Shown one piece after another: positions 1 through 8,445 of a stretch of 64,000 bases of DNA. Position 1 is the stretch's first letter. Every line of letters begins with the position of its first letter. A program made the translations under genes and the position numbers. The stretch is from Candidatus Thalassarchaeum betae (GTDB taxonomy: Archaea; Thermoplasmatota; Poseidoniia; Poseidoniales; Thalassarchaeaceae): assembly GCA_022447095.1 (NCBI GenBank), contig JAKUUP010000006.1:2123-66122 (forward strand). The letters run 5' to 3'. The notes beneath the pieces were generated by a model. That model did not search any database, had not been told where the DNA came from, and was given only the letters and a program-made list of their open reading frames with translations.

Positions 1-2
1 TG

Positions 3-830
3 CGTGAGGACAGGGGGGAGATCGAGGCAGCAAGCAAAGGAGCAACCGGCCTGCCTGATTTGATCGAGCCGGAAGAAATCAAGGGCGCACTGCACAATCA
101 CACAGTGGCTTCGGATGGCACGGCGACACTCGAGGAGATGGCAGCCGCGGCAATGGAACTAGGATGGGAGTACCTCGGTATCGCGGACCACTCTGAGGCC
201 CTGAATATCGGAGGGCGGCAGATAGGAGTCCCCGGGTCTGAGGTAGCAGCACAGTCTGACGCCATACGCGTCCTGAACGACCAGTGGCGTGATGAGGGAG
301 TAGACTTCCGACTGCTACACGGCAGTGAATGCGATATCCTCGTAGACGGCAGCCTGGACTACACCGACAAGATTCGTCGGTCCCTGACCCACGTGGTTGG
401 CAGCGTCCATGCTCTCGGAAGCTGGCGCGGCCGGGACGAGATAGCCAACACCGAGGCACTGACCAAGGCCGTCGAAAACCCGACTTTCACAATCCTAGGT
501 CACCCGACTGGACGCATCCTTCAGGGTAGGGAGGGCTTTCCCGTCGACATGCATGCTGTGCTCCGCCGGATGGGAGAGCTGAATGCCGAGGGTGAGTTGA
601 AGGCCGTGGAAATCAACGCCTCTCCATATCGCCTCGACCTCGACTGGAGGCTGTGCAAGTACGCCAAGGAGCAAGGAGTCCCAGTGTGCATCAACCCCGA
701 CGCACATGATACCGACGGACTGCAGGACGTGTGGTTCGGCGTCCAAATGGCCCGCAAGGGCTGGCTCAGTGCTGCAGACGTGCTCAACACCCGCAGTGGA
801 GCCGAGATTGAACAGTTGTTCGGACTGTGA
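3..830 (+). CDS. polX: DNA polymerase X family / PHP-domain protein, C-terminal part (5'-truncated by window edge)
   Basis: The frame is open from position 3 (REDRGEIEAA..LPDLIE, the typical PolX-PHP junction). PHP motifs LHNHT, DHS, HPTGR, EINA and DAH are present. Confidence 0.85.
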   Translation, partial: REDRGEIEAASKGATGLPDLIEPEEIKGALHNHTVASDGTATLEEMAAAAMELGWEYLGIADHSEALNIGGRQIGVPGSEVAAQSDAIRVLNDQWRDEGVDFRLLHGSECDILVDGSLDYTDKIRRSLTHVVGSVHALGSWRGRDEIANTEALTKAVENPTFTILGHPTGRILQGREGFPVDMHAVLRRMGELNAEGELKAVEINASPYRLDLDWRLCKYAKEQGVPVCINPDAHDTDGLQDVWFGVQMARKGWLSAADVLNTRSGAEIEQLFGL

Positions 831-865
831 CGAACCTTCATCAGATGACTAGGGGAGGATGGTGC

Positions 866-1069
866 ATGCGACTGATGCGCGCCACCGTCTTCGCTGCTGT
901 CGCAGTCATCCCCAGTATCTTACTGGCACTAGCGGCATATCTGATGCTCGGAGGGCCATCCCAATCGACCGAATGGGAGGCCTGGATGTACGGCCCGTGC
1001 TACGGGGTTCCCGGACTATGCATCGCCGCCGCTTTCGTATTGGGCCTCAGAGGGGACACGGAGGAGTAG
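866..1069 (+). CDS. small membrane protein (2 TM), unknown function
   Basis: GGAGG before ATG 866; two hydrophobic segments; packed between polX and nth. Confidence 0.6.
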   Translation: MRLMRATVFAAVAVIPSILLALAAYLMLGGPSQSTEWEAWMYGPCYGVPGLCIAAAFVLGLRGDTEE

Positions 1070-1071
1070 CG

Positions 1072-1719
1072 ATGCGCCGAGCTGAGAAGGCGCGCAGGGC
1101 CGGCGAGATACTCGATGAACTCTACCCCGAGCAACCAATCCCGCTCCACCATGCCGATCCTTACACTCTGCTAGTTGCAGTGATGCTGTCAGCGCAGACC
1201 ACAGACAAGAAGGTCAACGAGGTCACTCCGGCCCTTTTTGCGGTTGCCGACACACCCGAGCAGATGGCTGAACTACAGGTCGACGAGATACACGGCATCA
1301 TCCGCGAAATCGGCCTCGCGCCGACCAAGGCGAGGAACCTCCGCAGGATGGCCGAGCAGATAGTCGCTGACGGCGGCGGCGTGCGCCCAGACTGGGAATT
1401 CCTTGAATCGCTCGCCGGCGTCGGCCACAAGACCGCCAGTGTGCTGATGGCTCAGGCATTTGGAGTGCCAGCCTTCCCTGTAGACACCCATATTCACCGG
1501 CTGGCTGCACGCTGGGGCTTGTCTAACGGACGCAACGTAGTCCAGACAGAACGTGACCTGAAGTCGTTGTTCTCGAAAGACTCCTGGATACGCCGTCACC
1601 TGCAAATCATATACTTCGGTAGGGAGCACTGCCCAGCCCTCCGTCACGACCTCACCGAGTGTCCGATATGCTCGTGGGCGGCTACTAAGAAGCGCATCCG
1701 CGAGGAAATGGGCGGCTGA
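1072..1719 (+). CDS. nth: endonuclease III (HhH-GPD DNA glycosylase/AP lyase)
   Basis: LLVAVMLSAQTTD, LAGVGHKTA (HhH), FPVDTHIHR and a C-terminal Cys cluster; GGAGG upstream. Confidence 0.93.
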   Translation: MRRAEKARRAGEILDELYPEQPIPLHHADPYTLLVAVMLSAQTTDKKVNEVTPALFAVADTPEQMAELQVDEIHGIIREIGLAPTKARNLRRMAEQIVADGGGVRPDWEFLESLAGVGHKTASVLMAQAFGVPAFPVDTHIHRLAARWGLSNGRNVVQTERDLKSLFSKDSWIRRHLQIIYFGREHCPALRHDLTECPICSWAATKKRIREEMGG

Positions 1720-1762
1720 GCCCCACCGTCGGCTTTGTATTCACGAGAGTATTCGCAACGGC

Positions 1763-2245
1763 ATGGCGAACCCCGTGGAACTGGCCGTGGGTGAAAACGC
1801 GCCCAACTTCGAGGCTACCGTGACCGATGGAAACACCATCGGACTATCTGAGATGTTAAGTTCGGGAGACGGTGTGATACTGTACTTCTATCCACGCGAC
1901 AACACCTCTGGATGCACCGTCCAAGCCTGCGACTTCCGCGACAACTTCGGAAGGTTCAATGAATCTGGATGGAAAGTCATCGGTGTCTCTACCGATTCTG
2001 CGAAAAGTCATCAGAAGTTCACCGACAAGAACAACCTGCCTTTCGAGTTGATAGTCGACGAGGATGCCTCACTGCACGAGGCCTACGGCACTTGGAGGGA
2101 GAAGAACATGTACGGCAAGACGTACATGGGAACTCTGCGCTCGACTTTCGTAATCAGCCCCGATGGAACACTGCGCTGGGTGCGCTACAAGGTCAGCCCA
2201 AAGGGGCACGTAGAGCAGTTGATGTCGGATCTGAATGTGGCGTGA
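1763..2245 (+). CDS. bcp: peroxiredoxin, Bcp/PrxQ type
   Basis: LYFYPRDNTSGCTVQAC and RSTFVI motifs. Confidence 0.93.
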   Translation: MANPVELAVGENAPNFEATVTDGNTIGLSEMLSSGDGVILYFYPRDNTSGCTVQACDFRDNFGRFNESGWKVIGVSTDSAKSHQKFTDKNNLPFELIVDEDASLHEAYGTWREKNMYGKTYMGTLRSTFVISPDGTLRWVRYKVSPKGHVEQLMSDLNVA

Positions 2246-2249
2246 TAGT

Positions 2250-2498
2250 ATGGATGTGGATGAGCGCCGTGAGTTGATCGAACTATTCCTACGGCGTTGC
2301 GTTACCTACGCTGACGCCTCCATCGACCGCAAGAAGCAGCGTGGCGAGGACGAGGGGATCATCGCCCAGTGGCTCGCATACCGCGACTTCACCGAGCACG
2401 CCGCCGCAGAAGTCGCTTCTGGTGTCTTGGACACTTGGCTGGAGGACGGCCCGATGCCTGGCGAGGACGACTCTCAGACCTCGGATTCAGGCAACTGA
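2250..2498 (+). CDS. hypothetical protein
   Basis: Acidic helical ORF directly after bcp with coding-like codon usage. Confidence 0.6.
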   Translation: MDVDERRELIELFLRRCVTYADASIDRKKQRGEDEGIIAQWLAYRDFTEHAAAEVASGVLDTWLEDGPMPGEDDSQTSDSGN

Positions 2499-2950
2499 TT
2501 CCAGATGGCCATGCCGAGTTTGTGCCGAACGGTGTCTACTCTCATCCGGGCCCCTGCCACCATGAGCAACGTATCTGATTCGTTCAGGGAGAACACCGGA
2601 TAACCGATACTCTCGCCCATGTCCTGGATTCGCCTCTTGCACACGTCCTGCTGGCTCGGCATGTGAGTCAGTGATCCGAGGTCGACTAGAAGCATGTCGC
2701 CCTCGGCTAGGTTCTGCTCGACTCCGTTCAAGGGGAGTCGATGCAGGTCATCGGGTTTCATGTAGACAACTTGGCGGTTGGGTCGGGGCGTAATCCTGCT
2801 GGTACGCTCGGACCACACGTCTTCCCCAAGGTCGTGGAACTTGTCATCAGCTTGGGGTCCGGGGTCCACAGACACCACCTTGGCCTTCGATGGGTGATTC
2901 TGAACCTTGGAGGGATCAGGCAATCCCAGCAGTCTGAACAGGTTGACCAT
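2474..2950 (-). CDS. sepF: SepF-like cell division protein
   Basis: Amphipathic N-terminus, a linker, then a core resembling archaeal SepF (NLAEGDMLLVDL...RIQDMGESIGYPVFSL..LLMV). Confidence 0.6.
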   Translation of the reverse strand: MVNLFRLLGLPDPSKVQNHPSKAKVVSVDPGPQADDKFHDLGEDVWSERTSRITPRPNRQVVYMKPDDLHRLPLNGVEQNLAEGDMLLVDLGSLTHMPSQQDVCKRRIQDMGESIGYPVFSLNESDTLLMVAGARMRVDTVRHKLGMAIWNQLPESEV

Positions 2951-2964
2951 GGGCCCGGCTGCAT

Positions 2965-5900
2965 CTAATCCTCAAAGAGTGCTTCGATGTCTTCATCGTC
3001 AAGAGCCTCATCTAGCGATGCCGGTGCTAATTCCGACTCCTCTTCTTCCAGCTCGTCTTGGTGCGGCGCCTCACCGGTCAATTCCTCGAATGCATGGGCG
3101 ATATCTGCCTCCATCTTCTGCGGATCCTTCGGTTCCATTGGCTCCGGGATAATCGGCCCGACCCCCCTCCCGGACTTCTTCGGTCCTGACTCTCCCTTCT
3201 CGGCGTCGAAAGGGTCGTACTCAGGGTCGTCGAAGGCATCGTCCATCGAGATGCGCTTACCCTTGCGACGCGACCTATCTTCGAACACTGGAGCCTCGAT
3301 GACGATTTCAGGCGGACGCAGTCTCTGCATCAGCAGTGCACCGAGTATCGCTATCAAACCGAGCAGTCCGATGTATATCCCGTAGGCTGAGACTAAACCG
3401 CTAAGGCTGAATGGTGCTTTCTGGACTTGGATGACTAGGGTGATCGAAGACCCATGGCCCTCATCGAAGGCAGTCATCTGCACCGTCCTAGTGCCCTCGC
3501 CGTCGAAACTGACCTCTACCCACATGCCGGACCTGTCGTGGTCGTTTGCGGGGTCTCCGTCCCCATCACTATCCTCGTGTATATCGAGATCCCAGATGTA
3601 GATCATGTTCTCCATGTCGTACTCGGAGTCCGTGGTTCCATTGGCTGAGAGGAATATTACATCGCCTTCGGTTGGGTTGTCATCACTAGTAGTGGCGCGT
3701 GCCACTGGATCGAGGTTGTTTACATCTAACGAGATGGCGATGTAGTCCCGGGCACCGTCATCATCGGTGACGTGGAACACGATGTAGTCGGGGGCGGTGG
3801 TCGCATCTGCCCACGCATGAGCGAGGTGCCGCGACTCCACATCGCAATCATCGCTCTCATTGCCTTCGGAATCGGAGTCGGTGTACGGGTCTAGATCGAA
3901 GCAGTGTATGAGGTTCGGCAGGTCTCCCATGGTGTCGGTGACTTCGACAGACAACTGGACCAACTGGTCTTCTGCGACGGGAAGCAGCGTCGCTATAGGG
4001 GCAATAGACGGGGCCACGTTGTTGACCGTGATTGGCACAATCATCGTTTCTGTGCTCGCACCGTCGTCATCGACTATCTGTAGGGTGGCTAGATGCTGGC
4101 CTGAGGTTTGGTAGGTGTGTTCGATGGTGCTGTAGTGGCCGACACTGCTGATCACCAGTTCGGGATCAAGCTCCGCATCGGGCGACCAGTGATGCTGGTG
4201 GCCGTCAAGATCGTTCTCCGAGTCATCTGCCCAGCCCCTCAGAATCAGGATATCTCCCTCGTTGACGAAGTACCTGCCTACACTGTCGGGGATTAGTCGG
4301 TTCGGACCTATCCATATCTCGTTTTGAGGATTGGTTGGGGCGATGTTGGTCACATCGAGGGTGAGGGAGACCTCAGTTGTCGCCCCATCATCGTCCATGG
4401 CCGTGACCGAGATTGTGTAGGTTCCTTCTGCATCTGGTGTAATGGTGCATCTAACGCCGACTTGCCCCTCTTCACAGGGCGAGTGCCACTGAATGTCGAC
4501 GGGAGCATCGGGATTCTGAGTGTCGAGATCACCGCTCTCTATGACGTCGAAGGTCACGGGAGACAATACTGGGACGGAGTCCAGATTGGAGCCGATAGCA
4601 ACATCAGGTGGTCGGTTAAGGATGGTGATGGGTGCCTCTGCGTAAGCCTGATCGCTCTCATCGTCTGTGATGGTCACAGTCACGAGGAAGGTACCGTCGT
4701 CGTCCCAGGTGTACTCGTGAATGCAGTCCTCCTCTGATGAGGTCGAGACGCCCCCATCCAATTCTTCAACACTGAATTCGCATGTAACGACGCCTCCGTC
4801 GGGGTCGTACGATGAAAGCCCATTGAACGTGACCTCGGCAAGTGTGAGCGCCTCGGACACTATCGACAGTGACGCGGTTGGCATGCTCCCGACGAACAGG
4901 GAGAACGAACCTTCGTTGTTCGAGCGGTTGCCGTCGGTCGTAATCTGCTCGTCGGGATCGACGACGAAGGATAGGCTGATGTCGCCGTAGAGGTGGTTCT
5001 CGGGAACCGTCCAACTCACGTTCACCCTAGATTCCTCAAGACTCGACAGGCTAGGCACGGAGGTCGAGGAGGTTGAGCCATCGGGGGCCTCTACCCTCAG
5101 AGTGGTCACAGGCGAGTTGATAATTCCTCTATTGAGGACCGGTACGCTGAATATCAGTTGGTCGCCGGAAATTGCGTTGAATCCTATGTTCGAATCGAGC
5201 GTCACCGTCCTGTTGCCCCTCGTCCGCTCAACAGTGACGCCCTCGGAGCGTGCCACCAGATCCACCTGATGAACATCCGGATCGATAGTAATCGTGGCAG
5301 CACCTATGATTTTCTCACCGGTTATCCAAGCCAGCACGCCGTGACTGCCGAGATCCGACTCGCTCTCGGTATCGTCAGCCAAGTGTCCTGTGTCGAAGGT
5401 GACGAATGCCGAGCCGTTGCTGGCTGTGGTCACGTTCTGAACATCTCCTCCGATCTCGTACCGAAACTCTAGGCTCTGCCCTGCCAGTGGCAGGCTCGCA
5501 CCCCCAGTTCCGCTGAAACTAGTTGCATTGACCCATGCGGACATCTCGAAGTCCACCGGTGAGAGGGGGTGGGCGACTTCGACGGAGATCTGCTTATAGC
5601 GCCCTGCCGGCTGATAAGACGTGAGCTCGTGGTCGGCGTAGATCCCTACTCCTGCAATGGCCGTAGAGGTGCGAATATCACCACGAATTGCAGGGCAGAA
5701 CCACTTGTAACCGGTCTGGTGCTTGATAGTATTGACGTGGTCGTAGTTGGTGATGTTGTACGATTGCGCACAGCCGCTATAGAAGGTTCCAGGATAGCCC
5801 CTGCTGACGACCTCCCAACTGGTGGTGTTGCTACTGCTACTGTCCGATGGGATGGTTACGTAGTCGCTTGTGCCACTGAAGTCGTTAACTTGGGCGTAGT

Positions 5901-6501
5901 CGGTTTCCCACTCCTCTCCGACGCTGATCGGGAAGTCGTAGCCCTCCAGGGGTGGCGAGTAACTGGTATCGGCGACCATGTCGGCAACGTGGATAGTTGT
6001 GGTCCACCACAGTATCTGGACGATGAAGTCGATATCGAAAGCAGCAGTGTATTGAATAGACGCTAGGTCGGAGGCACGAAATATCTCCTCGGTATCCATC
6101 CAGACTGCTAGGTCGCCATTGTTCCCGTCGAGATTTACGTTCTCGGCCTCGTAGTAGCCATTAGACTCCACTCTGTAGACTAAGGTGTCCACGCCAGCTA
6201 CGTCCATTTCGTAGATGCCCGCGACTCTCTGGGTCAGAGTACCATCGAGGAACTCGATATTTGTAGTGACTCCAGAACTGGCGACAAAATCACGAACATC
6301 TAGGTATCCGTCGTAGTTCCAAATGTCGTTTATCTTCCAAGAGGGGACATCGACCAGATTAGTGGTTCTGACGGACGATTCCATCATACGGAAGTCGTAG
6401 AGCTCCTCAGACTCTGCATCTTGAGCCATGAAAACGCCGGACTGAGCCGACATCAGCATCAGTATCGCAAGCCCAAGAGCGAGACTCGCACGCGTGCGCA
6501 T
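2965..6501 (-). CDS. large secreted, membrane-anchored surface protein with CARDB- and PKD-like Ig domains
   Basis: Signal-like N-terminus; CARDB-like FVVDPDEQI..NRSNN; repeated VTxTDDDG / NxxP PKD ends; C-terminal TM and acidic tail. The start could alternatively be 6528 or 6552. Confidence 0.8.
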   Translation of the reverse strand: MRTRASLALGLAILMLMSAQSGVFMAQDAESEELYDFRMMESSVRTTNLVDVPSWKINDIWNYDGYLDVRDFVASSGVTTNIEFLDGTLTQRVAGIYEMDVAGVDTLVYRVESNGYYEAENVNLDGNNGDLAVWMDTEEIFRASDLASIQYTAAFDIDFIVQILWWTTTIHVADMVADTSYSPPLEGYDFPISVGEEWETDYAQVNDFSGTSDYVTIPSDSSSSNTTSWEVVSRGYPGTFYSGCAQSYNITNYDHVNTIKHQTGYKWFCPAIRGDIRTSTAIAGVGIYADHELTSYQPAGRYKQISVEVAHPLSPVDFEMSAWVNATSFSGTGGASLPLAGQSLEFRYEIGGDVQNVTTASNGSAFVTFDTGHLADDTESESDLGSHGVLAWITGEKIIGAATITIDPDVHQVDLVARSEGVTVERTRGNRTVTLDSNIGFNAISGDQLIFSVPVLNRGIINSPVTTLRVEAPDGSTSSTSVPSLSSLEESRVNVSWTVPENHLYGDISLSFVVDPDEQITTDGNRSNNEGSFSLFVGSMPTASLSIVSEALTLAEVTFNGLSSYDPDGGVVTCEFSVEELDGGVSTSSEEDCIHEYTWDDDGTFLVTVTITDDESDQAYAEAPITILNRPPDVAIGSNLDSVPVLSPVTFDVIESGDLDTQNPDAPVDIQWHSPCEEGQVGVRCTITPDAEGTYTISVTAMDDDGATTEVSLTLDVTNIAPTNPQNEIWIGPNRLIPDSVGRYFVNEGDILILRGWADDSENDLDGHQHHWSPDAELDPELVISSVGHYSTIEHTYQTSGQHLATLQIVDDDGASTETMIVPITVNNVAPSIAPIATLLPVAEDQLVQLSVEVTDTMGDLPNLIHCFDLDPYTDSDSEGNESDDCDVESRHLAHAWADATTAPDYIVFHVTDDDGARDYIAISLDVNNLDPVARATTSDDNPTEGDVIFLSANGTTDSEYDMENMIYIWDLDIHEDSDGDGDPANDHDRSGMWVEVSFDGEGTRTVQMTAFDEGHGSSITLVIQVQKAPFSLSGLVSAYGIYIGLLGLIAILGALLMQRLRPPEIVIEAPVFEDRSRRKGKRISMDDAFDDPEYDPFDAEKGESGPKKSGRGVGPIIPEPMEPKDPQKMEADIAHAFEELTGEAPHQDELEEEESELAPASLDEALDDEDIEALFED

Positions 6502-6552
6502 GCCTCGCCGGAACGGCGAGGGACGCATCAATTTCACCCCTACGGGCCTCAA

Positions 6553-7269
6553 CTAGTACAGCAGGTCCGCCAACTCATCCTGGATGAATTGGACCGCTTC
6601 TAGGATCTCGTCCTTGTGCCGAGCACCGGTGATGACCATCTTGCCGCTGCCGAAGATCAGGCAGACGACCTTGGGGTAGTCCAGGCGGTAGATGAGACCA
6701 GGAAACTGCTCAGGCTCGTACTCGACCTTGTCGAAGGGCAGGTGGAAGGTGAGGTTGTTCAGATTCAACTTGCGGGGCAGCGCCGCCAAGGGCTCGCCCT
6801 CGCGGATACCTCGGATGCGTGGGTCTTCGTCAGCCACCTCCTCATCGGTAGCGGCGCGCATCCCCTCGGGAGCGTCGATGACACGGGTGTTGTTGTCATC
6901 CATCCTAGCCACTCCCTTGTACTCTTCAGGGTAGAACAGAGAGTAGGTGGCGACCATGTTCTGAACCTCGATCTCGACGTCCTTGAGATCCCAGGTCTCG
7001 ATTCCCGCAGCCCTTAGGTCATGAGTCATCATCTCGATACCGGTCTGGATGTTATCCTCGTTCTTGCCGCCCGTGCAGACCGCTCTCCCAGAACGGAACA
7101 TCAGGATAGCGAGTTTGGGCTCTTTCACTCTGTATACGACACCCGGGAATTGTTCGGGCTCGTACTCGCAGTTCAGTTGGATGGCTATGTCTGGAAGGTC
7201 GAGTTCCTCCGCCACTCTGGTGGAGGCGACCACATTGACGACAGTGAGTCGCTCTTCGTCGCTTAGCAT
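6553..7269 (-). CDS. tbp: TATA-box binding protein with internal insertion
   Basis: Two TBP repeats (NVVA..EYEPEQFPGVVYR..FRSGRAVCTG and NMVA..EYEPEQFPGLIYR..FGSGKMVITG). Confidence 0.96.
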   Translation of the reverse strand: MLSDEERLTVVNVVASTRVAEELDLPDIAIQLNCEYEPEQFPGVVYRVKEPKLAILMFRSGRAVCTGGKNEDNIQTGIEMMTHDLRAAGIETWDLKDVEIEVQNMVATYSLFYPEEYKGVARMDDNNTRVIDAPEGMRAATDEEVADEDPRIRGIREGEPLAALPRKLNLNNLTFHLPFDKVEYEPEQFPGLIYRLDYPKVVCLIFGSGKMVITGARHKDEILEAVQFIQDELADLLY

Positions 7270-7290
7270 GGGCCGCGCACTTATATGCTA

Positions 7291-7298
7291 CTTATAAA
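7291..7298 (-). promoter_or_regulatory. TATA box of tbp (TTTATAAG)
   Basis: Canonical archaeal TATA box whose first T lies 29 nt upstream of the tbp ATG, in an AT-rich intergenic gap. Confidence 0.7.
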
Positions 7299-7351
7299 GG
7301 CTAGCGGATGAAAAGAACCCGGGTTTTCGATTGACTGAGACGATTTAGTCC

Positions 7352-8329
7352 CTAATTTTCCAGTAGATGCACCCCAGGGGCCCCGAGTCTCGATATCAGA
7401 GGCCTACCGCCGGCTATCTCGATAACCTCCGCGACCCTCTTGGGATTCTTGGTAAGGGCCACCATGCAACCGCCTCCGCCGGCGCCGGTGAGTTTGGCTC
7501 CCAGAGCGTGCTGCCTTGCGGCTTCTACAAGTCCTTCAAGGGCGGGACTACTGACTCCCAAGCGCTGCAATCTCTCATGGCACGCATCCATCGCCATACC
7601 TACTGCCTCAAGGTTGCCGGCAGACAGAGCAGTAAGCCCCGCTCGGGTGATCCTGTCTATGGCACTCATCTCGGCCTCGAGTCCCGGCTCCTCCTTGAGC
7701 AGGCTCGCCACTCCAGCGACCATCTTTCCAGTGGGTGAGGTATCTCCTGTGTAGCCAATCACTAGCCAGGCCTCTTCGAGATCCTCGGGCAGGTCGACCA
7801 CGTTGATCGACCACTCTCTCTCGCCCTCTGGAGTGGTCAGGCTCGCATCGAAGACGTGACGCGTCCCCTCGATTTGCTCACCCGAAACCACCACGCAGCC
7901 GCCAAGCGCGCTGGTTGCGGTATCGGTCGGACTGGCGCGCCCCTGTTGGGCCCGCGCCTCTGCCGAGTGTCCCATCCGGGCCAACTCGATGGGATCAAGG
8001 GGCCGCTCCGGTTTCAAGTGAGAGTGGAGCGCAGCGCCCATCGCATTGGATAGAGCTGCTGAGGATCCTAGGCCGGCGGACGAGAACAGGCTGCTCTTGA
8101 CCTCCATCTTCAGCGACGGCCCGTCGTACTGGAACACCTCATCGATGATATGGGAGATGTGAGGGTGCCGAGAGGAGTCGAAGGGAAGCCCTTCGAGAGT
8201 CCATCTCTCGGACTCCTCTATGCTGACTTCGACTCCGTTGTCTATGGCCACGGCCACCGCTGGGTGGCCGTACACCACGGCGTGCTCCCCGAAGAGGATG
8301 CACTTCCCCGGTGCGAATGCGCGCGCCAT
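7352..8329 (-). CDS. mvk: mevalonate kinase (GHMP family)
   Basis: APGKCILFGEHAVVYG, GLGSSAA and GAKLTGAGGGG motifs. Confidence 0.92.
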   Translation of the reverse strand: MARAFAPGKCILFGEHAVVYGHPAVAVAIDNGVEVSIEESERWTLEGLPFDSSRHPHISHIIDEVFQYDGPSLKMEVKSSLFSSAGLGSSAALSNAMGAALHSHLKPERPLDPIELARMGHSAEARAQQGRASPTDTATSALGGCVVVSGEQIEGTRHVFDASLTTPEGEREWSINVVDLPEDLEEAWLVIGYTGDTSPTGKMVAGVASLLKEEPGLEAEMSAIDRITRAGLTALSAGNLEAVGMAMDACHERLQRLGVSSPALEGLVEAARQHALGAKLTGAGGGGCMVALTKNPKRVAEVIEIAGGRPLISRLGAPGVHLLEN

Positions 8330-8445
8330 GACGGTTGGTTGGGCCTTTGGGCCATGAGGGTTGGGTTGTCTGGAGGCGGTTGCTTCAAGGACGTACTGCG
8401 ACTCCGGTGGTGCTGTCAGGCGTAGCCTGAAAAGAGGGAGTTGCC

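Noticed and set aside
6778-6936. TBP insertion as an intein or intron
   Set aside because: It has no N-terminal Cys/Ser with a C-terminal His-Asn, is too short for an intein, and stays in frame with normal codon usage; I saw no evident bulge-helix-bulge.
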